A DNA stretch of 64,000 nucleotides from Patescibacteria group bacterium (GCA_034678605.1 JAXDBQ010000032.1:40265-104264), one strand, 5' to 3'; positions 39,614-49,839 are shown, numbered from the stretch's first letter. The notes: a model not told the origin generated them from the letters alone. Numbers and translations: made by a program.

Positions 39614-40846
39614 ATGGATTTTGTTGATGCCGTCAATATCGCGGGGCTGGCTGACAAAATGTTTGTTTTTTTGATTAACGCGGTTGGACTTGAATTGATT
39701 TTGTGGCTGTATATCGCCAGCCGGCGCGTTTTTTTAGGCCGCTTGCTTTTGTACGGATCTTTTTGTTTTTTGCTGTGGTTCAATCTTGATTTTATCGCCA
39801 CCCAGGCAGTCGAGCTTTTTTCGTTGTCCGCGGCCACAACCTTGGTGCTTTGGTCGTTTCGAGCGATGTACGCGCTTTTGGCGGTGTTTTTTGCTTTATT
39901 TTATGTTTTTTGCTTGAATTTTCCGGCGGCCAATCCGCTTAATGGCCGTCAGCGCCAAAAGAGGCGGGCGGCCGCCGCGGCCGGATCGTTTTTTGCCGCG
40001 GCATCATTATCTTCAATGGTCGTCGAAGGCGCGGTTTTTGACGCGAATTTTCCGGTTTTTTCATGGATAATTCCCGGCGGATTGTTTTGGTTTTATTGCG
40101 GCGCGGCGTTATTGGCATTGTTTTTCTCGTTTCGGGAGCTTTCGCGCAACCGCCGTTTGGCCGACGCGCAAAACCGGCAAAAGTTGAAGTTGGCGGCGGT
40201 TGCCGGCGGATTTTTTGGCGTTTTTAATTTGATCTTCAATGTTATTATGCCGGGCATCGGCCCGATTTCGGGTTATGTTGGTTTTTTCGCGCTTTTTGCC
40301 AATCATGCCATTGTGGCGTTGTTGGGATATGCCGTTTATTTGGCGGCGCGAGATAATCTTTCCGGAATTAAAATAATACTGGTGGAAATATTCGTGGGGT
40401 TGATGGGGGCCAGCTTGGTGGTGATGCCGTTTTTTGTTGATTTTTTGTGGCAAAAAACATTGTTGATTTTGTTATTCTTGCTTTTTTGCGTTTTTGGCTA
40501 TCTTTTGATTAAAAGCGCGGTGAAGGAATACCGGGAAAAAGAAATGCTGGAACAAAAGGTCGTGGAAAGAACGAAAGAATTGGAGTTGGCCAAAAACGAT
40601 CTTGAAGAGACGAATTTGATGTTGGAAGCGCGCGTGCGGTCGCGAACCAAAGAGTTGGAACAATTGAATGAAACCTTGGAAGAAAAGATCGATTCGCGCA
40701 CTAAAGATTTGAAAGAAAAAATTAAAGATCTTGAGACGTTTCAGCGGATCACGGTGGGCCGTGAATTAAAAATGATTGAACTCAAAAAGGAAATTGAAAG
40801 GTTGAGGTTCGCCGCCGGCTTTGAGCGCGCGCGAAAAAGCGTTTAA
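39614..40846 (+). CDS. Polytopic membrane sensor-like protein with coiled-coil tail and no kinase domain
   Basis: About 9 TMs; LEQKVVERTKEL repeats; GRELKMIELK end motif. Confidence 0.75.
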   Translation: MDFVDAVNIAGLADKMFVFLINAVGLELILWLYIASRRVFLGRLLLYGSFCFLLWFNLDFIATQAVELFSLSAATTLVLWSFRAMYALLAVFFALFYVFCLNFPAANPLNGRQRQKRRAAAAAGSFFAAASLSSMVVEGAVFDANFPVFSWIIPGGLFWFYCGAALLALFFSFRELSRNRRLADAQNRQKLKLAAVAGGFFGVFNLIFNVIMPGIGPISGYVGFFALFANHAIVALLGYAVYLAARDNLSGIKIILVEIFVGLMGASLVVMPFFVDFLWQKTLLILLFLLFCVFGYLLIKSAVKEYREKEMLEQKVVERTKELELAKNDLEETNLMLEARVRSRTKELEQLNETLEEKIDSRTKDLKEKIKDLETFQRITVGRELKMIELKKEIERLRFAAGFERARKSV

Positions 40847-40862
40847 TAAACGCAAATTATCC

Positions 40863-42203
40863 ATGAGCAAAATAACAAATGAATCGGCGCCTGTCGCCGT
40901 TGAAAACGCGCGAAATTTTGCCGATCAAACCAAAGAGGTTGAAATTTTGGAAGCGGATTTGGCCGCGGCAGACGATAAATCGCGTGAAATTGCCGAAAGC
41001 TTTGAAAAACAAATCAAGGAGCAGGCGCGCGAATTAAGGGCAAAAATTAAAGAATCGGAGGATTCGCGCGTGGCGTTGATGAATATGTTGGAAGATATGG
41101 AGGACCTGAGGCGCCGGGCGGAAGAAGAAAAAGAAAAAACATTGGCGATTATCGCTAATTTTTCCGATGGGCTGATGTTTTTCGACGCTGAAGAAAATTT
41201 GGAATTGGTGAATTCGCGAATGGAAGTTTATTTTGAAATTCCAAAGGGGGCGGGGTCCAAAATCGTTGGCAAAAAAATCGCCGATCTTGGCGTCGTTCCC
41301 GCGTTAAAACCGTTAGTTGAATTATTGGCCAAAGAATCCAAACCGGTGTTTCGCAAAGAGCTTTTTATGAGTGAAAAAGCGGTTTTTGAAGTGAGTTTAT
41401 CGGATATCTCGGGTTTTCATGGCAAGATCGGCTCGTTGTTGATAGCTCACGATATCACTCGGGAAAAATCGGTGGAAAGAATGAAAACCGAGTTTGTTTC
41501 CATCGCGGCTCATCAGTTGCGCACGCCGATATCGGCGATCAAGTGGACGTTGAGAATGATATTGGACGGGGATTTGGGGCCGATAAACAGCGAGCAGCGC
41601 GATTTTTTGGAAAAAACCTATAAATCCAACGAGCGGATGATTGTGTTGATCAATGATTTGCTCAATGTGACGCGCATCGAAGAAGGCCGGCTCATATTTG
41701 ATCTTGCTTTGGTTGATATGGGCAAGATCGCGCAATCGCTGGCGGTTTCTTATATCGACATTGCCAAGCAGAAAAATATTAACATTGAGATTGAAGACAG
41801 CCGCGGCGCGGCCTTGCTTGAGGCGAGGGTTGATGTTGAAAAGATCAAATTGGTGATTTCGAATTTAATTGAAAACGCGATAAAATATACTCCGGCCGGA
41901 GGGAAAATAATCGTTGCCGCGGGCGAGATTGGCGGCAATGTGGAGGTGGCGGTGCGCGATACGGGCATGGGAATCCCGGCCAGCCAGTATGAACGTATTT
42001 TTACCAAATATTTTCGCGGCGCCAATGCCGTCAAAATGGAAACCGAAGGCACGGGATTGGGGTTGTTTATCGCCAAAAATATCGTGGAAAGCCACGGCGG
42101 AAAAATATGGTTCGAATCGGTTGAGGGTCGCGGCGCCACGTTTTTTTTCACCATTCCAAAACCGTCCTCGCCGGCCGGCGGGGAAAAAACGAATGTTGCT
42201 TAG
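40863..42203 (+). CDS. Cytoplasmic PAS histidine kinase
   Basis: H-box AAHQLRTP, N-box NAIKYT, DTGMGI, GTGLGL. Confidence 0.95.
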   Translation: MSKITNESAPVAVENARNFADQTKEVEILEADLAAADDKSREIAESFEKQIKEQARELRAKIKESEDSRVALMNMLEDMEDLRRRAEEEKEKTLAIIANFSDGLMFFDAEENLELVNSRMEVYFEIPKGAGSKIVGKKIADLGVVPALKPLVELLAKESKPVFRKELFMSEKAVFEVSLSDISGFHGKIGSLLIAHDITREKSVERMKTEFVSIAAHQLRTPISAIKWTLRMILDGDLGPINSEQRDFLEKTYKSNERMIVLINDLLNVTRIEEGRLIFDLALVDMGKIAQSLAVSYIDIAKQKNINIEIEDSRGAALLEARVDVEKIKLVISNLIENAIKYTPAGGKIIVAAGEIGGNVEVAVRDTGMGIPASQYERIFTKYFRGANAVKMETEGTGLGLFIAKNIVESHGGKIWFESVEGRGATFFFTIPKPSSPAGGEKTNVA

Positions 42204-42289
42204 TAAAAATCGGTTTACCTTGCGTTTGATCCGGTTTTTAGTTAAAATGGCAGTAAATCGCGCCGCGCGAATTATTATTCCATAATCAA

Positions 42290-42658
42290 ATGGCAAAAAA
42301 AATTCTTATTGTTGAAGACGACAAATTTTTGCGGGAATTGATCGTTAGAAAGCTTTCGCACGAAGGATACGACACGATCGAGGCGGCCGATGGCGAAGAA
42401 GGGTTGCGAAAAATCAAAGAGGATAGGCCGGATTTGGTGCTTTTAGATTTGATTTTGCCGGGCATCGACGGGTTTGAAGTTTTGACGCAAAAAAAGGAAG
42501 ATCCTTTTATCGCGATGGTGCCGGTGATCGTTCTTTCCAACCTTGGACAAAAAGAAGACGTGGACAAGGGGCTGAATCTTGGCGCGACCGATTATTTGAT
42601 CAAAGCGCATTTTACGCCGGGCGATATTATTGAAAAAGTTCGCAATATTATTAAATGA
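42290..42658 (+). CDS. Single-domain response regulator
   Basis: VEDD, LLDLILP, GATDYLIK. Confidence 0.95.
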   Translation: MAKKILIVEDDKFLRELIVRKLSHEGYDTIEAADGEEGLRKIKEDRPDLVLLDLILPGIDGFEVLTQKKEDPFIAMVPVIVLSNLGQKEDVDKGLNLGATDYLIKAHFTPGDIIEKVRNIIK

Positions 42659-42659
42659 G

Positions 42660-43574
42660 ATGGTGATTTTTCTCTACGGTCCGGACACCTTCCGGCTTAA
42701 TCGGAAGTTGAAGCAAATAATCAATGAATATAAAAATCGCGGCCGCGGAATCAATTTCGCGGTTTTTAACTCGCTTGACGAGCCGGCCAATGATTTTTTT
42801 GCCGAATTGCGCCAAGATTCTCTTTTTGGGGAGAAAAAACTTTTTGTCGTTAAAGCCCCCGTGTCTAACAAAGAATTTAAAGAATCGCTGATCGATGGCA
42901 TCGAAAAAATTGCCGCTTCCGAACACAATATCGTTTTTGTTCAAGAGGGCAAGGTTTTGAAAGCCGATCGCCTGTTGAAGGCGCTGTCAAAACTCGGCCA
43001 AACGCAAGAATTTGATCTTTTGGAAAACGCCGGCGTTGAATCTTGGGCCGCGGCCGAATTCAAGCGGCTTGGAAAACCGGTGTCGCCAAAAGTTGTTCGA
43101 TTGCTGGTTGAACGCGTTGGCAATGATCTTTGGCGATTGGAAAACGAGATTCAAAAATTGGTTCATTTCGCGATTGACAGGGAGATCAATATTGATGATG
43201 TCGCCAAAAATGTGACGCCGGCAATAAGCGCCGGGGTGTTCGATGCCATTGACGCGGTGGCGAGCCGCAGTCGCGAGCGGATGTTTGCTTTAACGCGGGA
43301 ACGACTTGCCGCCGGCGATCACCCAATCTATTTTTTGGCAATGGTTGCCGGGCAATTGAAAAATTTGCTTTTGATAAAATCGTCTCCCGCGGCCGGCGCC
43401 GCCGGGTTGGGGATGCATCCTTTCGTATTTGGCAAATCACGGGCGCAAGCGAATCGGTTTTCCCTTGACGAGTTGAAAGCCGCTTATCGGACGGTTTGCG
43501 GGACGGATTTGGACATCAAAACCGGGCGGGTGAGTCCGGAAGCGGGTTTGGACATGCTTTTGGCGCGAATTTGA
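42660..43574 (+). CDS. holA: DNA polymerase III delta subunit
   Basis: FLYGPD, SLFGEKK, ENEIQKL, DLDIKTG; convergent with rpsT. Confidence 0.9.
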   Translation: MVIFLYGPDTFRLNRKLKQIINEYKNRGRGINFAVFNSLDEPANDFFAELRQDSLFGEKKLFVVKAPVSNKEFKESLIDGIEKIAASEHNIVFVQEGKVLKADRLLKALSKLGQTQEFDLLENAGVESWAAAEFKRLGKPVSPKVVRLLVERVGNDLWRLENEIQKLVHFAIDREINIDDVAKNVTPAISAGVFDAIDAVASRSRERMFALTRERLAAGDHPIYFLAMVAGQLKNLLLIKSSPAAGAAGLGMHPFVFGKSRAQANRFSLDELKAAYRTVCGTDLDIKTGRVSPEAGLDMLLARI

Positions 43575-43606
43575 TTGACTATTGACTATTAATTAAAACG
43601 CCCTTT

Positions 43607-43873
43607 TTAAAGGGCGTTTTTTGCCAGGAATTTTGCCAACCTTGATTTTTTGCGGCTGGCGGCGTTGGGCTTGATCAAGCCGGTTTTAGCGGCTTTATCC
43701 AACGATTTATAAGCCAGAACCAGATTTTTTTGAGCTTCGGCGGTTTTTTTTGCCGTTGCCATCCCCCGGGTGGCTTTCAGGATCGATTTCAAATTTTGCT
43801 TGGCGGTTTTGTTTTTGGCGCGCCGTTTGGCATTTTGGCGCAAGGCCTTTTTGGCGGATTTGATAATGGGCAT
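43607..43873 (-). CDS. rpsT: 30S ribosomal protein S20
   Basis: IKSAKKA, LDKAAK.G, NAASRKKSRL. Confidence 0.97.
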   Translation of the reverse strand: MPIIKSAKKALRQNAKRRAKNKTAKQNLKSILKATRGMATAKKTAEAQKNLVLAYKSLDKAAKTGLIKPNAASRKKSRLAKFLAKNAL

Positions 43874-44003
43874 GTTTCAAATTAAAAATTATATGCCGGA
43901 GGCGCATCCGTCCTCTGGCGGAAAAACTAAAAGTTAAAATACGCGACAAGGCAAACTATATCACATTTTTTGATTTTTGCAAGAGTGATTGGTATAATGC
44001 GAT

Positions 44004-45281
44004 ATGGCGCCAAAATCAATTGTAAAAAAAATAATTCCGGAATTCGCGATCGGGGGATACCATTATTTGGCGGCGTTTTTGGGGGCGCTGTTTTTTGGGT
44101 TTCCGAGCCGGAAGATAAAGGTGATCGGCGTGACCGGGACCAACGGCAAATCAAGCACGGCCGCGATGATCGATAGGATTTTGAACGAGGCCGGCGTTAA
44201 AACCGCCTTGTCGTCGTCGGTGGAATTCCGGATCGGCGATAAAGCTTGGAAAAATTCGTCGCGCATGACCATGCCGGGAAGGTTCGCGTTGCAAAAATTC
44301 TTGCGGCAAGCGGTTGCCGCCGGCTGCCAATATGCGGTGGTCGAGGTGAGTTCCGAGGGCGTGCGCCAGCACCGGCACCGGTTCATTGATTTTGAAGCGG
44401 CGGTTTTCACCAATCTCGCCCCCGAGCACATTGAATCTCATGGAAGTTTTGAAAAATATCGGGCGGCCAAGGGCGAGTTTTTTAAGGCATGCCGCAAGAT
44501 CCATATTCTTAACGCCGATGACGCCAATTGCGGTTATTTTGCTCAATTTCGGGCTCAGAAAAAATACGGATATGCCATTGAAGGCAAAAACAATAATATC
44601 AGTGAAATGGCGGGCGGAGAAATTGTTTTGGCGCGAAATATTAAATTATCGCCGATCGGATCATCGTTTGAGATTGCCGGCCGCCGGTTTGATTTGAAAA
44701 TTTTGGGCGAATTCAATGTTTATAACGCGCTGGCCGCGATTGCTTGCGCCCGGTCGCAAGGAGTTGATTTGGACATTTGCCGAACCGCGCTGGCGGGAAT
44801 GGAAGCGGTGCCCGGACGGATGGAGCGAGTAATCGGCGCGCCGTTTGAAGTTTTTGTTGACTACGCGGTAACGCCGGACGCGTTGGGAAAGGCCTATCAA
44901 ACCGCCAAGATCGGCCTTGGAAGCGGCAAATTGATTTGCGTGCTGGGCGCGTGCGGCGGCGGGCGCGATAAGTGGAAGAGGCCGGTAATGGGCGGTTTGG
45001 CCAAAAAGTATTGCGATCGGGTTATCCTGGCCAACGAGGACCCTTATGACGAGGATTCTCAAAAGATCATCGACCAGATCGCCGGTGACGGTGCCCCCAA
45101 TATCGAAAAGATCGTCGACCGGCGGAAAGCGATAAAAAGGGCGTTGGCAATGGCCAAGCCCGGCGATCGAGTGCTGGTTACCGGCAAGGGATGCGAGGAT
45201 TCAATGTGCTTGGCCGCCGGCAAAAAGATGCCGTGGAACGACAAAACGGTAATTTTGGAAGAAATGGCCGGGTTGGGATGA
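44004..45281 (+). CDS. murE: MurE-family Mur ligase
   Basis: GVTGTNGKS, EVSSEG, VPGRME, VDYA, GGGRDKWKR, GKG. Confidence 0.88.
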   Translation: MAPKSIVKKIIPEFAIGGYHYLAAFLGALFFGFPSRKIKVIGVTGTNGKSSTAAMIDRILNEAGVKTALSSSVEFRIGDKAWKNSSRMTMPGRFALQKFLRQAVAAGCQYAVVEVSSEGVRQHRHRFIDFEAAVFTNLAPEHIESHGSFEKYRAAKGEFFKACRKIHILNADDANCGYFAQFRAQKKYGYAIEGKNNNISEMAGGEIVLARNIKLSPIGSSFEIAGRRFDLKILGEFNVYNALAAIACARSQGVDLDICRTALAGMEAVPGRMERVIGAPFEVFVDYAVTPDALGKAYQTAKIGLGSGKLICVLGACGGGRDKWKRPVMGGLAKKYCDRVILANEDPYDEDSQKIIDQIAGDGAPNIEKIVDRRKAIKRALAMAKPGDRVLVTGKGCEDSMCLAAGKKMPWNDKTVILEEMAGLG

Positions 45282-45298
45282 TAGGGTTTTGGATTTAA

Positions 45299-45331
45299 GC
45301 AAAAAATACGCCGCACGGCGTATTTTTTTGC
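45299..45331. terminator. Terminator after murE
   Basis: AAAAAATACGCCG-CA-CGGCGTATTTTTT. Confidence 0.75.
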
Positions 45332-45398
45332 GTTAATTTTTCCATTTTGTCAAATTGGAAATGTCAAGCTTTTGTGGGTTTTTAAGGTTGATTTTGCC

Positions 45399-45427
45399 TT
45401 GACAAAAAGGGCGTTTTGGACTATAAT
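45399..45427 (+). promoter_or_regulatory. Consensus sigma70 promoter
   Basis: TTGACA-17 nt-TATAAT. Confidence 0.75.
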
Positions 45428-45561
45428 TGATGGCGTTGCAATGATTTTTGGTTTTTTGTCCCGCCTTTGGCTTTGGGCCGAAAATATGGCAAAATCGAGT
45501 TTTTTGCCGGGGAAAAACCTTAATTTGCGCGCCGGAAAGGCATTCGGAAGCGCCGTAATTT

Positions 45562-46131
45562 ATGAGTATTTGCCGTAAATGTTTGATTGCCGGGAAAAGT
45601 TTGCTCGTTTTCATGTTTGGGGTTTCCGGGTTGTGGCTGGGGTTTCGCGTGAGCGCCGTGACGGCGCAGGAGATCGCGGCCAAATCCGCGGTGAAAGCCG
45701 GCCCGGAAGTGGTCTATGCCGACGCGGTGGAGCTTCAATTTTGCGGGCCGATGGTGTCGCAGATTAGCTTTTTGAAGGATATCGGCGGCGAAATTTGCTC
45801 CAAAAACGGCAAAATCGCCGCGCCCAAAGAAGCGGTGCGGCGCATCCGGGTGGTGCTCACGGCCTATTCCAGCACCGTGGCGCAGACCGACAGTACGCCG
45901 TTCATCACGGCCAACGGCACCTATGTCCATGACGGCATCGTGGCCAACAACGGTTTTCCGTTCGGCACCCAGATCCGCATCCCGGAACTGTTCGGCAACA
46001 AGGTGTTCTCGGTGGAGGACCGGATGCACTGGCGCATGGACGATTACCGCTTCGACATCTGGTTTCCGACCTACGAACAAGCCAAAAAATTCGGCGTCAA
46101 ATACGCCTACGTAGAAATCTTGAAAAAGTAA
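45562..46131 (+). CDS. 3D-domain (MltA-like) cell-wall protein
   Basis: TAYSS..QTDSTPFITANG, VEDR, FDIWF. Confidence 0.88.
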   Translation: MSICRKCLIAGKSLLVFMFGVSGLWLGFRVSAVTAQEIAAKSAVKAGPEVVYADAVELQFCGPMVSQISFLKDIGGEICSKNGKIAAPKEAVRRIRVVLTAYSSTVAQTDSTPFITANGTYVHDGIVANNGFPFGTQIRIPELFGNKVFSVEDRMHWRMDDYRFDIWFPTYEQAKKFGVKYAYVEILKK

Positions 46132-46218
46132 TCTTTGTTGGCATAGCCGAGCAGTAAATTGCGACTTTGTATTTTAAACCCCCATTTAATAATGGGGGTT
46201 TGTCGCAATTTTACTGCT

Positions 46219-46303
46219 TGGTGCCCGGGGTGGGACTTGAACCCACATGAGTTGCCTCGCAACATTTTAAGTGTTGTGCGTATGCCGGTTTCGCCACCCG
46301 GGC
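46219..46303 (-). tRNA. tRNA-Leu(TAA)
   Basis: Long variable arm; loop CT-TAA-AA; CCA encoded. Confidence 0.94.
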
Positions 46304-46347
46304 GGGATGGCAATTTTTACTTTTTAACTTTCAGTTTTTAACTTTCG

Positions 46348-46422
46348 TGGAGGCCGCAGTGAGAATCGCACTCACGTATAACAGTTTTGCAGACTGTCGC
46401 CTTACTACTTGGCTATGCGGCC
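46348..46422 (-). tRNA. tRNA-Cys(GCA)
   Basis: Loop CT-GCA-AA; U73-CCA; T-loop reads TGCGATT. Confidence 0.9.
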
Positions 46423-46427
46423 GGGAA

Positions 46428-46470
46428 TAGTTGATGAGTTGATGAGTTGATGAGTTGATGAGGGATGAGT
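46428..46470. repeat. TTGATGAG tandem array
   Basis: Four tandem copies; same family at 26881-26913, 48992-49085, 49918-50007, 50704-50783 and 51155-51242. Confidence 0.85.
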
Positions 46471-46487
46471 AAAATTCTAATGCAAAT

Positions 46488-46826
46488 TCAGGATTTTTTC
46501 AATTGCTCAAGGAGAGTTTCGACTTGCTGGGCTTGGAAGGGATTTTGGTCGGCGATGAAAATGATCTTGGGCACCGGCCGCATTTTCAGTTTGCGGTCGA
46601 GCGCTTTTTGGAACTCCCAAACCTGGTTTTCCAGCGCGGCCACCACTTGCCTTTGTTTTTGGTCGGGGAGCACGCTCACAAAAACCTTGGCTTCCTGCAG
46701 GTTGCCGCTGGCCTTCACTTTTGTGATCGAGATCAGGGTTTCGCGGTCCGCGCAAAAATCGCGCGCGATCATTTGCGCCAAAACCTCTTTCATCAGTGAT
46801 TCGATTTTTTCAACGCGATGGTCCAT
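46488..46826 (-). CDS. rbfA: Ribosome-binding factor A
   Basis: ISITKV..SGNLQEAKVFVS, LKMRPVPKIIF; downstream of infB. Confidence 0.9.
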   Translation of the reverse strand: MDHRVEKIESLMKEVLAQMIARDFCADRETLISITKVKASGNLQEAKVFVSVLPDQKQRQVVAALENQVWEFQKALDRKLKMRPVPKIIFIADQNPFQAQQVETLLEQLKKS

Positions 46827-46835
46827 CTTGGATGC

Positions 46836-46988
46836 AAATTCGAATGTTCGAATATTCGAAATCCGAAACAATTTTCAAATTCTCAAAATTTTAATTTTCG
46901 AAAAAGAGTCCGTTTAAAAATTTGAACATTTGAAAATTTGGATTTGTTTCGAATATTCGGATATTCGTGCTTCGGATATTTTAGAAAT
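46836..46988. repeat. ATCGAA-family element, empty copy
   Basis: GAAATCCGAAACAA / TTGTTTCGAATATTCGGA arms. Confidence 0.8.
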
Positions 46989-48477
46989 TCTTTTCCTGCA
47001 CATAGAACACCAATTGGTCGCCTTCTTGGACTTTTTGGTCGCCTTCATACAAAATTCCCACTTCATCGCCCTTGCCGGCTTGAGGGATGTCTTTTTTGTT
47101 TTTTTGCAAATTGATCAGCCGGCCCTGGCCGATTAAGTTTTGATTGCGCATGACTTCGATCTTGACGCCTTTCTTAACCTCGCCGTCAATCATTTTCCCG
47201 CCCACGATCTGGCGGTTTTTGTCGGCCCAAAAACTTAACAAAACCTTTAGTTTGCCCAGGTCTTTGCGCGCGATCCGCGGCGTTCTGAATTTTTCCATGT
47301 AGCCGCGGAGCCATTCGATCATTTCATAGATGATTTCAAAATTCATCACGCGGATTTTTTCCCGTTCGACCATGGCTTTGGCGTCGGGGCTGATTTTAAC
47401 CCGAAAGCCAACGATTATGGCGTTGCCGGCGCGAGCGGTTTTGACATCGTTTAAATTGACTTCGCCGGCGCCGGTTTCCAAAATATCCAAAACTACTTCG
47501 GTTTGCGGAATTTGAGAGATGGTTTCTTTGAGCACTTCAATCGATCCCAAGACATCGGCCTTCAAGACGATAGCAAGCGTTTTTTGGCCTTCTTTTGGGG
47601 CCGCGGCAATGGATTGCGGCCGGTTTTTTTTGGCTTCGCGTTGTCGCGCGATCACGAAATCGCGGGCCGCTTCCAAGCTTTCCATTTCTTTGAAAATTTC
47701 GCCCACCACCGGAACCTCGTCCAAGCCGATGGCGATGGCCGGCTGGGAGGAGAAAAGTTTTTCGATCTTACGGCCACGGGTGTCTTCCAGTGATTTGATT
47801 TTTCCCAAAGATGATGTTGTGGCCAAAACTTTGCCGGCAGTTAAAATGCCGTTTTGCAACAAGATGCTGGCGCTGGGGCCGCGGCGGTGGTCAAGCGATG
47901 ATTCAATAATAATCCCTTGCGCGGGCGCGGCCGGATCGGTCTGCAAGTTTTCCATTTCGGCCACCAGCAAGATCATTTCCAGCAAATCATCGATGCCGGC
48001 GCCGGTTTTGGCCGAAACGCTGATCGCGGGCACGTTACCGCCCCAATCCTCCACCAATAAATTTTCTTTTTGCAGATCGCGCTTGACTTTTTCCACATTG
48101 GCTTGCGGCAGATCGGTTTTGTTCATGGCCACAATCACCGGAATGCCGGCATTTTTAATGGCGTTGGCGGCTTCTTTGGTTTGCGGCTTGAAACCCTCTT
48201 CGGCGGCCACCACCAAAACCGCGATATCGGCGATCTTGGCGCCGCGGGCGCGCATTTGCGAAAACGCCTCATGGCCGGGAGTGTCGATGAAGGTGATGGT
48301 CTTGCCGTTGAACTCGGCCACGGACGCGCCGATATGTTGGGTAATGCCGCCGGATTCGCGGTCGGCCACGTGGGTTTTGCGGATATAATCCAAAATCGAG
48401 GTCTTGCCGTGATCGACATGGCCCATTACCACCACCACGGGCGGCCGGGAGATTAAGTTTTTAGCGGAATTATCCAT
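46981..48477 (-). CDS. infB: Translation initiation factor IF-2, short form
   Basis: GHVDHGKT, GGITQHIGA, DTPGHEAF; lacks the N-terminal extension. Confidence 0.97.
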   Translation of the reverse strand: MDNSAKNLISRPPVVVVMGHVDHGKTSILDYIRKTHVADRESGGITQHIGASVAEFNGKTITFIDTPGHEAFSQMRARGAKIADIAVLVVAAEEGFKPQTKEAANAIKNAGIPVIVAMNKTDLPQANVEKVKRDLQKENLLVEDWGGNVPAISVSAKTGAGIDDLLEMILLVAEMENLQTDPAAPAQGIIIESSLDHRRGPSASILLQNGILTAGKVLATTSSLGKIKSLEDTRGRKIEKLFSSQPAIAIGLDEVPVVGEIFKEMESLEAARDFVIARQREAKKNRPQSIAAAPKEGQKTLAIVLKADVLGSIEVLKETISQIPQTEVVLDILETGAGEVNLNDVKTARAGNAIIVGFRVKISPDAKAMVEREKIRVMNFEIIYEMIEWLRGYMEKFRTPRIARKDLGKLKVLLSFWADKNRQIVGGKMIDGEVKKGVKIEVMRNQNLIGQGRLINLQKNKKDIPQAGKGDEVGILYEGDQKVQEGDQLVFYVQEKNF

Positions 48478-48485
48478 CAGAATTA

Positions 48486-48617
48486 AATTCGAATATCGAA
48501 TATCGAAATCCGAAACAATATCGAAATTTAAATTTCCAAAACAAAAATTCGAGTTTCGTTTTGGTCATTTGGATTTTGAAAATTCGTGCTTGTTTCGAGT
48601 TTCGACATTCGAGCTTC
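48486..48617. repeat. ATCGAA-family element, empty copy
   Basis: TCGAATATCGAAATCCGAAACAA / TTGTTTCGAGTTTCGACATTCGA. Confidence 0.8.
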
Positions 48618-48618
48618 G

Positions 48619-48987
48619 TTATTTATGTTTTTCTTGGGCGAGTTCGATTGCTTTCTTTTCTTCTTCGGAAAGGGGATAAGTGGAGGCGCCGTTTTCCACC
48701 GGTTTGGCATAGACGCGGTTGCCGTCGCGGGAAAACAAGCTGGTGACTACCGCGCCGTTGCCGTTGCCGTCAAGCATTGCCAAACAAAAACTTTGATTGC
48801 CGCCAAAACCTTCGAATGGGTTAAAGCGGGTGACCGCCACCCGGCTGATATGCTTTTTGTTTTCTTTTTTCAGCGATTTCACTTCCTCGGCCAAGGATTC
48901 GCATTTTTCTTTCACCTCTTTAAACTGCGCCAAGATCTCGGAAATATCCTGCGGCTCTTCATCTTGTTTTTTTTGGAAAAAAGACAT
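48619..48987 (-). CDS. DUF4446-like protein
   Basis: RFNPF..GGNQSF.LAMLD..GNG.V.TSL.SR...RVYAKP..YPLSEEE. Confidence 0.85.
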   Translation of the reverse strand: MSFFQKKQDEEPQDISEILAQFKEVKEKCESLAEEVKSLKKENKKHISRVAVTRFNPFEGFGGNQSFCLAMLDGNGNGAVVTSLFSRDGNRVYAKPVENGASTYPLSEEEKKAIELAQEKHK

Positions 48988-49100
48988 CGGGTAGTTGATT
49001 AGTTGATGAGTTATGAGTTGATGAGTAAAATGCGAATTCGGAGTTTTTGAATTTTTCTCATTTCTCATCAACTCATTACTCATTTCTATTTCGGGCGGTG

Positions 49101-49176
49101 CCCGGTAGTAGATTTTCGGCCGGATTTTTAGCAAAAAATCCGTAATCGCCAAGCGAGCCGAAAATTCACTACCGGG
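49101..49176. repeat. Structured palindromic element, copy 2
   Basis: Homolog of 17019-17093, abutting the tRNA-Ser 3' end. Confidence 0.7.
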
Positions 49177-49263
49177 CGGTGGGAGGAGGAGTCGAACCTC
49201 CGATACCCTTGCGGGCATAACGGTTTTCGAAACCGTCCCATTCGGCCACTCTGGCATCCCACC
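49177..49263 (-). tRNA. tRNA-Ser(CGA)
   Basis: Long variable arm; loop TT-CGA-AA; G73. Confidence 0.92.
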
Positions 49264-49488
49264 AAATTTTGCGAACAAAATTTGGAGTAGTTTGTAATTA
49301 GTATTTAGCAGTTAGCAAAATGCAAAATACAAGCCAAGTCGCAAGCAAAATTTTCCTAATTACAAATTACTCACACTAATTACAGATCCGTTCGCGCAAT
49401 AAAAAAACAACCGGCCGCGACACCGCAACAGGTTATGTATAGCATTTTTTGCGCCCAAACGCAATAAAAAAGAGAATAACTGCGGTTG

Positions 49489-49809
49489 TTATTCTTTGTT
49501 CTCTGGAGCGATCCAAAGAAGACTTTGCCAAATCGTATCGGCTATTCCCGGAAGAAGATCAGCTATTTGTTTTTCATTGCCACCGTGTAATTTTGGTATT
49601 AAATTATAGCTGCTTCCCATACTGCGTAAATTCCATTTGATATTTTCTTGGTCTGTTCGATGGTTTTGCCCGATGGCAATACATATCGCCATTAGTTTTT
49701 CTTGTGCTTTTGTGGGATCTTGGCTGTTTAAAATAACCAGTATCTCTTGGAGTATTTTTTCCGGAACTTCTTCTTTGTATTTTTCGATTAATTCATCGTC
49801 GATCATCAC
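49489..49809 (-). CDS. Hypothetical protein between tRNA genes
   Basis: 106 aa, AT-rich, AAGGAGGA SD before a GTG start. Confidence 0.65.
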   Translation of the reverse strand: MMIDDELIEKYKEEVPEKILQEILVILNSQDPTKAQEKLMAICIAIGQNHRTDQENIKWNLRSMGSSYNLIPKLHGGNEKQIADLLPGIADTIWQSLLWIAPENKE

Positions 49810-49839
49810 AAAATCCTCCTTAATTTTTTAATGGTGCTG

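Noticed and set aside
46428-46470. CRISPR array (also considered for 3331-3480, 9732-9911 and 29719-30043)
   Set aside because: Short-period tandem repeats or only two copies, no regularly sized unique spacers and no cas genes.
48988-49278. N-terminal extensions in the ORF track for DUF4446, RbfA and VirB4, and ORFs 2906-3463 and 9710-9954
   Set aside because: They are translations of tRNA or short-period repeat DNA; downstream ATGs give family-typical starts.
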